A stretch of 57,813 bases of DNA, from IMG/VR virus record IMGVR_UViG_3300029787_000046, positions 1 through 57,813 of that record. One strand, given 5' to 3'. Position 1 is the stretch's first letter. The number at the start of each line of letters is the position of its first letter. This document shows positions 29,416 to 38,833 of this stretch, in pieces. This DNA is from a virus (lineage: Duplodnaviria; Caudoviricetes). The notes beneath the pieces are model-generated. The model was not told the DNA's origin and made no database searches. It worked only from the letters and a program-made list of their open reading frames with translations. Position numbers and translations under genes: made by a program.

Positions 29416-29708
29416 TACATTCTCCTTATATATTCTGCAAGTTTCGGGTTTCCAGAATCTTTTATTGCATTGTATATAGTAGTTCTATCACTTTTAATAG
29501 CTTGTTTCATATATAACGCAATAATCGTTTCCATTTCTTTGCGATAAGCATGAGCTTGATCACGTATTGCAGGGTGAGCATTGTTAGATATACCGATTAT
29601 TTTATCAACACATCTTTTGGCTGTTTCCTCTGGAGTAAACCCCCTGTTGTCTGTAGTTTCAACCGTAACAGAAAAGTTATTAGACATACCTAACGATTCT
29701 GTAAACAT
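29415..29708 (-). CDS. Conserved hypothetical protein
   Basis: 97 aa ORF, TAATG-coupled. Confidence 0.7.
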   Translation of the reverse strand: MFTESLGMSNNFSVTVETTDNRGFTPEETAKRCVDKIIGISNNAHPAIRDQAHAYRKEMETIIALYMKQAIKSDRTTIYNAIKDSGNPKLAEYIRRM

Positions 29709-30562
29709 TATGTCCTAGCCTTTCTTAACGGTCCTGATGTATATTCATCTGTTACTTCTTTAGCTTCACCTAAATTTTTAAGTCGTGCAAGAGCTTCCGC
29801 AAAACGAGAATTATACATAGTCATAACGTCTTGTTCACCCTTCATATAAATATAACACTCTATTAACGATCCGTAAAGTAAAGCAAGTTCTCCATTTTCA
29901 CTAACCCAAGAAACAGTAGAGTCTGACCCTATGCTAGATAATGTGCCTGTTGCCCCACTAGAGCTCCCTGTAATTGTTTCACCCACTGTAAAATCACCAC
30001 TAGGAATTATAACCGTAAGAGTAGTAGAGCTAGGAACGGCATCAACAGTGGCTGTTTCTCCACTTGTGCCTCCTGTTATTGTGTCACTTGTCGTAAAAGT
30101 GCCTACAACAGAAGTTAAAGTAAGTAGAAACGTGCTTTGTGTTAAACTTTTAGGACGATAAAAATAACTCATTTCAACAACATAATTGCTGTCAGGAGTA
30201 GGAGCTATAATAAAATTATCTACATCAAATTGTGCGTAATACTTAGGGGTTCCTGTAGTTGCAGGGTTAGGGTTATACGATTGTATAAACTCTAACTCTT
30301 TGTATTGTAAAAACTCAAGACTACTGTCGTTAGTAATTGTCAATGAGTTAGAAGCTAAAAAATCATCTGGACAAGCTAGAAATTTATTACTTGCAGTCAT
30401 AGATCCCGAAGCGTTCTTTTCAAAAACATTTAATTGCACTGATTTTAGTATGCGCTCTTCTGCAAGCCTAATAAACACTGGCAGGTTAGATACAAAAGAA
30501 ACTTCATCGTTTTGAGTATAATCTTTTAAAGCTTGTTTTAAAGTTGAATAAGTAAAACTCAT
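29708..30562 (-). CDS. Head-tail adaptor-like protein with inserted GETITG repeat domain
   Basis: FIRLAEERI, GTPKYYA, APTPD, LLYGSLIE. Confidence 0.65.
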   Translation of the reverse strand: MSFTYSTLKQALKDYTQNDEVSFVSNLPVFIRLAEERILKSVQLNVFEKNASGSMTASNKFLACPDDFLASNSLTITNDSSLEFLQYKELEFIQSYNPNPATTGTPKYYAQFDVDNFIIAPTPDSNYVVEMSYFYRPKSLTQSTFLLTLTSVVGTFTTSDTITGGTSGETATVDAVPSSTTLTVIIPSGDFTVGETITGSSSGATGTLSSIGSDSTVSWVSENGELALLYGSLIECYIYMKGEQDVMTMYNSRFAEALARLKNLGEAKEVTDEYTSGPLRKART

Positions 30563-30858
30563 GTTGTAACCTCTACTTTTCCTACAGAGCTAATTCCTTG
30601 TATTGACGTATTAGTAAAAAGAGGAAATGTATTTTGACCTACAAGTATGTCAAGAGGCTCTTTTCTATCAGGACGAGGATATCGCAAAGCTTCTGGCTCA
30701 AAAGGCACAGAACTTGGTTCTAACTGAGGATGTTTTTCCTCAAAACACTCAGGACATACTCTTAAACCATTCCATTCTTGTCGTAATGAAATGTAATCAT
30801 ATTGTTGACCACATCGATCACATAAAGCTAAAGCGTATTGTCCTGTTGCGAATTTCAT
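30559..30858 (-). CDS. Zn-ribbon protein
   Basis: CDRCG...VCPEC..KHPQL. Confidence 0.7.
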   Translation of the reverse strand: MKFATGQYALALCDRCGQQYDYISLRQEWNGLRVCPECFEEKHPQLEPSSVPFEPEALRYPRPDRKEPLDILVGQNTFPLFTNTSIQGISSVGKVEVTT

Positions 30859-31760
30859 CTTATCAACGTGTAATAATCTCTGCTAGGGGTTAATGTTAAA
30901 CTAGCTCGGTCACGATCTTCCGCAGCAGCTCGCTCAAATTCTTCTTCATATACAGCTTTTAACAGTTGCACACGATTAGGTGCTTTTTTCAAACTGATAT
31001 AGTAGGCTAATCCTGCTGCTAAACAGGGGTAAAACCTAAATGGCACATCTACTGTATTCTGTGGGTTATCTACATCATCAATTCTTACAAGTCTATCAAA
31101 AACAAGAGTATACGTTGTTGCATCAGGAGTTCCCCACAATTTCAAAACAGGTGTGATTTGTCTATCTATATAAAACTGAGAAGGTCGTGCCGTTGTTCGT
31201 TTGCTTGGAATATTTATAAAAGTATCACGACTTATTCTACTTATAGAAATATCTGATTGATTAGAAGCACCTGCATTTTGCCTTATAACCGCAGACAAAA
31301 TATCTATAGTGCTTCTTACATTCGTAAAATCAACAGCAGCCGTAACCGTAGTAGTCGCACCGCTCGTGCCACCTGTGATTGTTTCTGCAGCAACAAAAGT
31401 TCCAGAAGGTATAGTTATAGCAATAACCGTAGATGAAGTAACGCTTGTTATAGACGCAGTCGCACCACTCGTACCACCTGTGATTGTTTCACCAACAGTA
31501 AAAGAACCACTAGCTCCTACAGTCATAGTTAAAATTCCTGCGGGATAATTAGCAATATCTGTAACTAAAGGTAAAGATACCTGCTCAATAGTCCAACGAT
31601 TTAATCCTCGATTTGCCCAGTCTGCAAAAAGTAAATTTAAAGAACGTCTTGCTGTTTTTAAATCATATCCTGTAGCTACAATTAAACCACAACGTTCGAA
31701 CGCTTCTTCAATATACTCTGCTACATCTGGTTCAAAATCAACTGATCCTGAAACTGCCAT
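30855..31760 (-). CDS. Tail/connector protein with inserted GETITG repeat domain
   Basis: IEEAFERCG..ARRSLNLLFADWANRGLN..PFRFYPCLAAGLAYY. Confidence 0.7.
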   Translation of the reverse strand: MAVSGSVDFEPDVAEYIEEAFERCGLIVATGYDLKTARRSLNLLFADWANRGLNRWTIEQVSLPLVTDIANYPAGILTMTVGASGSFTVGETITGGTSGATASITSVTSSTVIAITIPSGTFVAAETITGGTSGATTTVTAAVDFTNVRSTIDILSAVIRQNAGASNQSDISISRISRDTFINIPSKRTTARPSQFYIDRQITPVLKLWGTPDATTYTLVFDRLVRIDDVDNPQNTVDVPFRFYPCLAAGLAYYISLKKAPNRVQLLKAVYEEEFERAAAEDRDRASLTLTPSRDYYTLIR

Positions 31761-31770
31761 AACTTATCCT

Positions 31771-31950
31771 TTAACTGTAAGGTCCTTTAATAACCTTACC
31801 GCCCATTTTCATGCCTTTGGGTTTCATCATTTTTCCACCCATTTTCATGCCTTTGGGTTTCATCATTTTTCCACCGTTTGCCATGCCTTTAGGCTTCATA
31901 GCCTTACCGCCATTCTTCATGCCTTTAGGCTTCTTTTTCATTTTTTTCAT
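31771..31950 (-). CDS. Lys/Met/Gly-rich basic repeat peptide (59 aa, not in ORF track)
   Basis: MKKMKKKPKGMKNGGKAMKPKGMANGGKMMKPKGMKMGGKMMKPKGMKMGGKVIKGPYS; four 12-aa (36-bp) units; AAGGA RBS. Confidence 0.75.
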   Translation of the reverse strand: MKKMKKKPKGMKNGGKAMKPKGMANGGKMMKPKGMKMGGKMMKPKGMKMGGKVIKGPYS

Positions 31951-31961
31951 GTTCTTTTCCT

Positions 31962-32237
31962 TTATTTTAGTTTGCCTAGTATAAATTTCATAACTTCCGT
32001 AGATGATAATCTACCTTCTTTTAAATCAACGAATTTTTTAGAAACTTGTGCAGGGGTTAAACCTGTTTTTTTACTTTCACCACCTGAAGCCATGCGGACA
32101 GGTTTTTTCGTAGCCTTACCACCATTTTTCATGTAACCCATTTTGTTGCGAACTTTTTTAGGCAGTTTCGCAAGTCCAGGATTTTTCTTTTTATCAACTG
32201 GCTTCATCATTGTCTCCTTTGTTATACAAATTGTCAA
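31962..32237 (-). CDS. Small basic protein with MxxGG motifs
   Basis: NPGLAKLPKKVRNKMGYMKNGG, MASGG; true start probably the MMKP codons. Confidence 0.65.
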   Translation of the reverse strand: MTICITKETMMKPVDKKKNPGLAKLPKKVRNKMGYMKNGGKATKKPVRMASGGESKKTGLTPAQVSKKFVDLKEGRLSSTEVMKFILGKLK

Positions 32238-32886
32238 ACACTCTATTCACATCTAGTGTATAGTCTAAATCGGACTTTGAATAGTGTATATGTTGAGATG
32301 GTCTAAAATCAGGAGCACCTTGTCCTGTTGCAAACCAAGCAGGGTGAGTTACTCTAACCCTGTTATTGGGCAATGCCACAATATTTCCTGTCCATATTCC
32401 TGCATCGAGTAATTGTAAAACATGAGATTGTTTATGTTGTGCAGGATCATCTGCAATTTCACTATCTGTATAATCTACAGTAAACATATACTTTGCAGGG
32501 AAAAACTCGCCATTTATTTTTGCTAACCAAGGACAAGGGGTTGTTCTATCCATCACATATACAGAATGATAATGTGAAGCACAATCCCAAGGTTGAGCAT
32601 CATATGTTTCCATGGGGTGTGACCATTCCTCTAAAGGAACATCACCTAACAATCCAGTTATAGGCATCCTAGCCCACATAGCACCACCATGCACAGTATC
32701 TTCTGGTTCGCCTTCTGCTTCGTTACCTGTAAATATTACTTGAAAACTTAAACATCTATTTGGGATAGTTGTAACAGCGATAGCCATAGCGTGTAAAAAC
32801 TCACCATGATATTTCTCGTGGTTATGAGTATATTCACGACGAACCCAACATTTAAAATAGGGAATGTTACTTTGTAAGTAACTCAT
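32194..32886 (-). CDS. Conserved phage protein
   Basis: GAMWARMPI, QPWDC, YMFTVDY, HKQSH, ALPNNR. Confidence 0.75.
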   Translation of the reverse strand: MSYLQSNIPYFKCWVRREYTHNHEKYHGEFLHAMAIAVTTIPNRCLSFQVIFTGNEAEGEPEDTVHGGAMWARMPITGLLGDVPLEEWSHPMETYDAQPWDCASHYHSVYVMDRTTPCPWLAKINGEFFPAKYMFTVDYTDSEIADDPAQHKQSHVLQLLDAGIWTGNIVALPNNRVRVTHPAWFATGQGAPDFRPSQHIHYSKSDLDYTLDVNRVFDNLYNKGDNDEAS

Positions 32887-33137
32887 TTTTTAGTGCTTTT
32901 CTTTTTGCCTTTTAGTAAGTCAGCGTCTGCTTTCCTAGCTCCACCTTTACCAGTTACGAAACTCTTCACTCTCCCCATTGCCCACGCATGAGCAGAGGTT
33001 TTAGGTCTGCTTCCAGAAGAATAATATGCACCAAGACCTCTTTTATAAACTGCATCTAATTTAGATGGAGTAAATTTTCCTGCTCCAGGAATAGAAGAAT
33101 ATTTACCACCTTTTTTCTTGGGTTTTGTCTCTGCCAT
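32883..33137 (-). CDS. Small basic protein
   Basis: VYKRGLGAYYSSGSRP...WAMGRV. Confidence 0.7.
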   Translation of the reverse strand: MAETKPKKKGGKYSSIPGAGKFTPSKLDAVYKRGLGAYYSSGSRPKTSAHAWAMGRVKSFVTGKGGARKADADLLKGKKKSTKK

Positions 33138-33334
33138 TAGCTCTTACTCCGTTGTTTACTAATTTTATCCATCATAGCAGGAGTTAACTTCCCTTGTTTA
33201 TAAAGACGAGCAGTCCTTTTTATTTCTGCTTCTCTTGCTTTAGGATTTTTTGCACCTTTCACATATACTCTAGGAACACCTTTTTTAGTTTTAGGAACTT
33301 TTTTAAACTTTCTTGGCACTAGTTTTCCTCGCAT
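33137..33334 (-). CDS. Small basic protein
   Basis: Lys/Arg-rich ORF in operon; start uncertain. Confidence 0.55.
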   Translation of the reverse strand: MRGKLVPRKFKKVPKTKKGVPRVYVKGAKNPKAREAEIKRTARLYKQGKLTPAMMDKISKQRSKS

Positions 33335-33521
33335 CTCTTAAGTTAGCTTTTGTCGGCGCACCTTTAGATCCAGGTTTTCTCATTCTTTCACCAGATCCGG
33401 CCTTTATTCGTTTTCTTTTAGCATGAATATTTTCCCATAACCCCCCACTTTTCATGCCTCTAGGTTTCTTTTTCTTAGAAGTTGTAATTTGTTTTTTCAT
33501 TTGACCACGACTAATTGCCAT
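33303..33521 (-). CDS. Small basic protein
   Basis: MKSGGLWENIHAKRKRIKAGSGERMRKPGSKGAPT. Confidence 0.7.
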   Translation of the reverse strand: MAISRGQMKKQITTSKKKKPRGMKSGGLWENIHAKRKRIKAGSGERMRKPGSKGAPTKANLRDARKTSAKKV

Positions 33522-33815
33522 CTAACAATCCCACGCTCTACGCGACCAGTAGTTAGCTGATAACTTATTAGTCGTGCCTTTAATGCCACCTGATCTGGCA
33601 CAATAAGATCTTTTACGGGATGGTTGATTCTTTTTAATAGACAACTCAGGATCGCCGAAGCGAACTATTTTTACATCTTTGCCTACTTTAGCTAAAACTG
33701 CTGATTTTTTCTTTGCGTTAGGGGTTCGTTTAGGTTTATTGTATCCTGAAAATAGTTCACCACGATACTTTAGTTTACCACTAGGTAATCGTTTTACATC
33801 TTTAGTAGTAGCCAT
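33522..33815 (-). CDS. Small basic protein
   Basis: KIVRFGDP...RKRSYCARS...SANYWSRRAW. Confidence 0.75.
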   Translation of the reverse strand: MATTKDVKRLPSGKLKYRGELFSGYNKPKRTPNAKKKSAVLAKVGKDVKIVRFGDPELSIKKNQPSRKRSYCARSGGIKGTTNKLSANYWSRRAWDC

Positions 33816-33842
33816 AACAACTCCTTTAAATCAATATACCTA

Positions 33843-34247
33843 TTAGCTAAATTCCTTCCTTACTTGAAGAATAACTGTGTAAGAATCTGCAGAAGCGTGT
33901 CCTACAGTTGTAAACAATATATCTCCAGTAACACCAGAACCTGCATTATTTGTAAGTCCACCAAAGCTTGTGTAATCATGGTGTCCACTTTGGTTTTCAC
34001 CAAGTTCAATACAAAAAACATTTGTAGAAGCATCAAATAACATTTTGACTTTCATGCCATTGCATTGCCACCAGATTTTTTCAATGGTTGCTTTTGTGCA
34101 AGTGTCACCATTTCCATTTTTAGATAACGCACTAACGTCAACTTTTACAACTTCAGATTCACCTGATCCGTCAGAAATATTAGTAAATTTCAAAACGGCA
34201 GTTTTCGGACCATCTATTATGGTTTGTGAGGTTACAGCATCTGCCAT
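33843..34247 (-). CDS. Virion structural protein (beta-sandwich)
   Basis: MADAVTSQTI..KFTNISDGSGES..GDILFTT. Confidence 0.7.
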   Translation of the reverse strand: MADAVTSQTIIDGPKTAVLKFTNISDGSGESEVVKVDVSALSKNGNGDTCTKATIEKIWWQCNGMKVKMLFDASTNVFCIELGENQSGHHDYTSFGGLTNNAGSGVTGDILFTTVGHASADSYTVILQVRKEFS

Positions 34248-34250
34248 TGA

Positions 34251-34424
34251 TTACTCCTTTATTTCTCCACGCAAAAGCATGGCTTTATACTCAGCACTTC
34301 CTTTAGGAGGAAGAGTAGTAGAGGTCTTTTCCTCTACTACTTCCCATGCTTCGTTTTCTGGGGTATTCGGATCGTCAGCGATAAACGCACCTTTATCCGT
34401 TCTGGCTCTAACTTTTTTAGCCAT
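34251..34424 (-). CDS. Small conserved protein (57 aa, not in ORF track)
   Basis: MAKKVRARTDKGAFIADDPNTPENEAWEVVEEK...GEIKE; fills the gap between two structural genes. Confidence 0.7.
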   Translation of the reverse strand: MAKKVRARTDKGAFIADDPNTPENEAWEVVEEKTSTTLPPKGSAEYKAMLLRGEIKE

Positions 34425-34434
34425 TTGTTACCCC

Positions 34435-35151
34435 CTATCTTACTTGAGCAGCAAAAATGTAATCAATGTTCATTGACTTTGTTCCTGTTGCAGAGCCTGA
34501 TAGTTGCATAGCTCCTAGCGCAAGATTTTCATCATCAGGAATATTTGCTGTGTGGGTTGCAACTTTGTTCCTGTTAACAAAAAACTCAACAGAGCCAGTG
34601 CTTTTAACATGGAAGCCAAGAGTAACAGCAGTGCCACTAGCGACATCAACTCCAGAATCTGTTGTTGTAGCAGTGCCATCTTTTTCAGTTACACAATCAA
34701 TATTGCTATCGCCATCATCAACTTGGAACACAATACGGTCAGCAGCAGCTAACATTGCTTCTGGATTTGTTGCAAAGTTCACAGTTAATCCAATACAAAT
34801 TTCTTGATTATCACCCTCTGCATCTGTTGGAGTGATTTTTGTTTCGAACCAAATATCTTTATCAGTAGCAACTGCAAATATCTCATTGCCTTGTATAGAA
34901 GAACCATCGTCATCTGTTGTGGCTTGTGAGCTAAGAGTAAGTGCTCCACCTACAACATCTGCAGCAATAGCTGCGGAGGCACTGGAGTCTTTGACAACTG
35001 TCCAGTCATTTGTAGAATCTAATGCAACACCTGTAAAATCATCCATATAAACAAGATAATCAGGGTTACGGTCTATTGGCAGGTTTTCAAACCATTGTCT
35101 TTGTCCATCCTTACCTGCAAAAAGGATTGGTCCAGTAAAATGTACAGCCAT
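34435..35151 (-). CDS. Minor capsid/head fibre protein (lectin-like fold)
   Basis: 238 aa beta-rich acidic ORF directly after the MCP. Confidence 0.6.
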   Translation of the reverse strand: MAVHFTGPILFAGKDGQRQWFENLPIDRNPDYLVYMDDFTGVALDSTNDWTVVKDSSASAAIAADVVGGALTLSSQATTDDDGSSIQGNEIFAVATDKDIWFETKITPTDAEGDNQEICIGLTVNFATNPEAMLAAADRIVFQVDDGDSNIDCVTEKDGTATTTDSGVDVASGTAVTLGFHVKSTGSVEFFVNRNKVATHTANIPDDENLALGAMQLSGSATGTKSMNIDYIFAAQVR

Positions 35152-35201
35152 TTAAAAATCTCCTGTCGTGGCTAATGTCAGCAAATGCTGTCAGTAAGAT
35201 T

Positions 35202-35229
35202 AAAAAAAGGAGGACAAATCTGCCCTCCT
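35202..35229 (-). terminator. Rho-independent terminator after the major capsid gene
   Basis: AGGAGGGCA-GATT-TGTCCTCCT-TTTTTT. Confidence 0.8.
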
Positions 35230-35236
35230 AGGTTTT

Positions 35237-36145
35237 TTATGCTCCTGGAGAGCCAAACACACATCGTGGATCTGAAACACCAAAGCTGTAACGCTCACGA
35301 GCTTTGTATCGCACGTTGCCTGTATCAAAATCACCTTCCATAGAAGTTTTGACAGCACTACGCTCAAAATGTTTAAAACCATTAGGTGCATCTGTTTTAA
35401 TGAAAAATGCGTCAGTATCGGTTAAGAAGTGGTTTACCACATAACCGTCTGGCAACATTCCCATGTTACGAACTGCGTTGACGTCATTGTCTGCTGTTCC
35501 TGGACGCAGGTTACTAGCCATCAAACGTTCAGCTACAAACTGAAGTGCAGATGGAATAATCAACTTACGCCCTTGCAGAGCAATTTTAAGTCCACGCTCA
35601 TCGATAAAAGCAGCGATGTCGATTAACGACTGCTCTAAAGATGTTTCGTTAAGGTCAGCAGCAGTAGCTAACTCGTTGCGGAAGTTACCGCCACCATTAG
35701 TGGGGTGGTCAGTCGCACAAAGTTCTTTACCGTCGCCATAAGTTACTGTGCTATCAAACGCATTGTTCAATACCGCAGCCGCCTTGACCTGTTTAGTATT
35801 TGACATAGACCGAGCCAAAGCACGAGTGTAACGAGAACTGAGTCGGTCGTAAAGGTTATCCTCTACAGCTTCTTCTGTAATCGCAAACGCAAGAGCTATT
35901 GTCTCATGTGTATATCGAGCCGTAAATGACTCATTTGCTGTGTCAAATGAAACTGCGGAGCCTTCCCCTTTTACAGGAGCAGCACCAAAGCCACTTAACA
36001 TTACTTCCTCTTCAAACGCTCTGTCTGAAGATTCTGTTTCGTAAATCTCGGCATGTTCATTGTCATACCGATCATACTCCAGTCCGAATAGAGCATTTAG
36101 TCCAGGCTCTAATTCTTTAAGGAGTTGGGATCTTGCTATAGCCAT
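35237..36145 (-). CDS. Major capsid protein (HK97 fold)
   Basis: MAIARSQLLKELEPGLNALFGLEY..., RYKARERYSFGVSDPR; follows scaffold; followed by terminator. Confidence 0.9.
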   Translation of the reverse strand: MAIARSQLLKELEPGLNALFGLEYDRYDNEHAEIYETESSDRAFEEEVMLSGFGAAPVKGEGSAVSFDTANESFTARYTHETIALAFAITEEAVEDNLYDRLSSRYTRALARSMSNTKQVKAAAVLNNAFDSTVTYGDGKELCATDHPTNGGGNFRNELATAADLNETSLEQSLIDIAAFIDERGLKIALQGRKLIIPSALQFVAERLMASNLRPGTADNDVNAVRNMGMLPDGYVVNHFLTDTDAFFIKTDAPNGFKHFERSAVKTSMEGDFDTGNVRYKARERYSFGVSDPRCVFGSPGA

Positions 36146-36156
36146 ATCTTATCTCC

Positions 36157-36768
36157 TTATAGACCAGTTGTGGCAGTATGGAATGGTAGATTTAGTTTAA
36201 CTAAAGCTACAACCCCTGCGGAAGCGTAGTCAATGCCCTCAACATCTTTAAAACCAACAATCCTAAAATTATCAGTAGCTGTTGTAGCACCTGCGGAAGC
36301 TACTGATATCTCACCTGATGAGATACCGTTTGCTTGCTCTGAACCAAATCCTGTGCCTTCGGCATTTGAGTGGATCAAAGCTGTAGCTGTTGCTAAGTTA
36401 GTTAACGAAGCATCGCATTGGACTTCATAAACTTGAAACGGATCATCATAAACAAACACAGTAGCTTCTGTGCCTGATTTTAATGAGCTTGTTCCAGGAT
36501 AGTTATTATCAAAAACGGGTTTGCCGTTTAGATCAGTATATTGACAACCTGCCATAACACCAAGAATCGCTACCGAACCACCGTCTGCTGCACTTACGTC
36601 TACAAGTCCATTGGTTAGAGGAATCACCATATCGCCCTGAAAGATAGAGCTAGATGAACCTGCTACACCTGCGATTTGCACTTTGTAAGCCGTTAAACCA
36701 TTTCCGTTCGGTGTAGACCCTAATTTGTTATGAGGTCTCAACCCAAAAGGTGAATCTGTATTCGCCAT
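36157..36768 (-). CDS. Capsid decoration/cement protein
   Basis: MANTDSPFGLRP, IFQGD, VYDDP; directly upstream of MCP. Confidence 0.7.
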   Translation of the reverse strand: MANTDSPFGLRPHNKLGSTPNGNGLTAYKVQIAGVAGSSSSIFQGDMVIPLTNGLVDVSAADGGSVAILGVMAGCQYTDLNGKPVFDNNYPGTSSLKSGTEATVFVYDDPFQVYEVQCDASLTNLATATALIHSNAEGTGFGSEQANGISSGEISVASAGATTATDNFRIVGFKDVEGIDYASAGVVALVKLNLPFHTATTGL

Positions 36769-36786
36769 GGATTAGTCTCCTAAAAA

Positions 36787-37245
36787 TTAATCAGAGGATT
36801 TATCTCCCCCGAAGGTTACACGAGATTGCCTATCAGGTTTGCTAATAGGCATAGATGGATGTTGTTCCCTCATAAGATCGTTGTCAACTGCATCCATTTG
36901 ATCTTGAGTTTGACCTTGGAAGTAAGCTTGTCGTTGACCTACTGTTTCTTTAGGGATTCTTGCAAGCACTAGACCGCCTACTCCTATAACACCTGCGTGT
37001 TTACCATCTTGGACGGTAGGAGCTTCAAAGTCAGGATACTCATCAGCACGAACTAATTCAAAGCCTTCGCGTAGCCGAGCAGAAAGGTTCTTCTTATCAT
37101 CAAAACCCATGACAGATTCACGGACCCAACGATGAACATAGCCCTCTGGAGGGGATGGAGCGTCTAATTGTGACGGTGGTTTCCACGGTTTAGCGCGGAC
37201 AGTTTTTTCCCTAGTTTGGGATGTGCGTGGGCTTCTATCATTCAT
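36787..37245 (-). CDS. Conserved head-module protein
   Basis: WKPPSQLDAP, HRWVR, LREGFELV, GGLVLARIP. Confidence 0.75.
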   Translation of the reverse strand: MNDRSPRTSQTREKTVRAKPWKPPSQLDAPSPPEGYVHRWVRESVMGFDDKKNLSARLREGFELVRADEYPDFEAPTVQDGKHAGVIGVGGLVLARIPKETVGQRQAYFQGQTQDQMDAVDNDLMREQHPSMPISKPDRQSRVTFGGDKSSD

Positions 37246-37260
37246 AATTTTATCCTCACG

Positions 37261-38163
37261 TTAATTTTGCATACGAGCTTTTTGCTTCGCATATTGTTCA
37301 TAAGATACACCGAGTTTGTCAGCGATTGCAACCTCTGATTTTGTCAATTGTATTTTTTGTTTACCTTTTTTCTGCCCACCACGATTTGCGGAGGCTACAA
37401 CAGGACCACTTTGTCGAGTCGTAAGACCAAACTTATGTGGGAATTCTTGTCTGATTCGTTTATCAACTTCAGCATAGTATTCATCACTAGTTGCATCCCA
37501 ACCTTCAGCTTCCACCATAGTTTTGTGGATAGAAAAAGCGGTAAGAGTCATAGGTTCATCTGTACCAAACCACTCATTTTTTGCTGCCCACGCATCTGCT
37601 TTAGGGTCTCGTGGTGCAGGTTGTGGTTGTTGAGGTTCTGCAACAGGAGCAGGTTGTTGAGCTCGTTGTTCTTGCTGTTGTTTTATCATCGCAAGTTTAT
37701 CGTTCTGTGAAGCTACAGCAGCTAGTTGTGTTTGAGCTTCTACTTGAGCATCAATATCGCCCCTATCAATAGCTTCTTTTAAATTACTTCTTAAAAGCTG
37801 ATCCTGTAGCTTTACTCTATTTTCAAATTCAGTAACATAAGAACTATCTAAAGAAAGATTCTTTTTCTGGTTTTCTTCAAGCTCTTTTTTAGCTGCTTGA
37901 GCATATTGTAAAGCTGCTTGTTCACGACGTTCAGCTTCACGCATTTTAGCTGTAAGCTTACTGATTCGTTTTTGAACACCTTCGCTATATTGCTCTAACT
38001 CATCATCAGATTGTTCGGGCTTTGGCTTAACTTCAGTTTTAGTTTCAACTTCAACCTCAGCTTCAGGGTTTTCTTGTTCTTCTGTTTCAAGAACTTCTAC
38101 TTCAACTTCATCAGTTTCTTTTTCTTCGACCTGTTGGTCTTGTTTTTGTGCTGCTTGTGGCAT
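37261..38163 (-). CDS. Capsid scaffolding protein
   Basis: Acidic N-terminus, coiled coil, WAAKNEWFG, C-terminal IADKLGVSYEQYAK. Confidence 0.75.
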   Translation of the reverse strand: MPQAAQKQDQQVEEKETDEVEVEVLETEEQENPEAEVEVETKTEVKPKPEQSDDELEQYSEGVQKRISKLTAKMREAERREQAALQYAQAAKKELEENQKKNLSLDSSYVTEFENRVKLQDQLLRSNLKEAIDRGDIDAQVEAQTQLAAVASQNDKLAMIKQQQEQRAQQPAPVAEPQQPQPAPRDPKADAWAAKNEWFGTDEPMTLTAFSIHKTMVEAEGWDATSDEYYAEVDKRIRQEFPHKFGLTTRQSGPVVASANRGGQKKGKQKIQLTKSEVAIADKLGVSYEQYAKQKARMQN

Positions 38164-38178
38164 GGTTACTCCATGTAA

Positions 38179-38646
38179 TTAAAGGTGCAAAATATCATCA
38201 GGGTTATTAATGCGAGCTATTATCTCGTCATCATTAAGAATGCGGACTTCTCCACCCTCGATTTTGAATCTACTTCCCGCATATCTGCCGAACAATACCC
38301 AATCCTTTTCTTTACACCAAGGAGAAGCATCTTCGCCAAATTTACTAGAGTCTTGGTACGCTAATGGACCAACTCTCAATACATAGCCACATACAGTGGC
38401 AACGGCTTCACGTTCTCTGACTTCATCAGGAACAATTATACCACCCATTGTTTGCTTTTTACCTTGATACGGTAATATCAAAAGACGCCAACCTGTAGGT
38501 TCAGGTAACTTATCTAAGGCACTTTCGGTAAGTTTGGAAGGTTCTAAGTATCTATCTTCTGCTGATACATACGCTTTTTCAAGCTCACCTTTTTCTTTTT
38601 TCTTTTTATTAGCAATATAGTCAGGCACATAAAGTGTTTTAGTCAT
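38179..38646 (-). CDS. groES: GroES-like co-chaperonin
   Basis: PTGWRLLI, GGIIVPD, VGPLAY, FGRYAG, RILNDDEIIA. Confidence 0.88.
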   Translation of the reverse strand: MTKTLYVPDYIANKKKKEKGELEKAYVSAEDRYLEPSKLTESALDKLPEPTGWRLLILPYQGKKQTMGGIIVPDEVREREAVATVCGYVLRVGPLAYQDSSKFGEDASPWCKEKDWVLFGRYAGSRFKIEGGEVRILNDDEIIARINNPDDILHL

Positions 38647-38833
38647 TATTATCTACTTTCTCTAGCAGGTCTTTTAAATCCTGTTCAGTTTGGGCAAGCT
38701 CATCTAAACGAGCTCGTAATTCTTTAAATGCGGTAAAATCTGCTACAGGACCAACACATATAGCCTCTTTTAACAAACTTTGCCGATCACGGACATTTTT
38801 AAGCATTTTTTCATAAATGTAAAGCTCATCCAT
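38639..38833 (-). CDS. Small conserved protein upstream of GroES
   Basis: 64 aa ORF overlapping both neighbours. Confidence 0.65.
   Translation of the reverse strand: MDELYIYEKMLKNVRDRQSLLKEAICVGPVADFTAFKELRARLDELAQTEQDLKDLLEKVDNND

Noticed and set aside
31771-31950. 36-bp repeats as a mini-CRISPR
   Set aside because: Repeats are contiguous with no spacers and encode an open Lys/Met/Gly peptide with an RBS
35200-35391. Alternative-frame ORF overlapping the MCP end as a frameshift extension
   Set aside because: No convincing slippery site, and it would add only a few residues through the terminator
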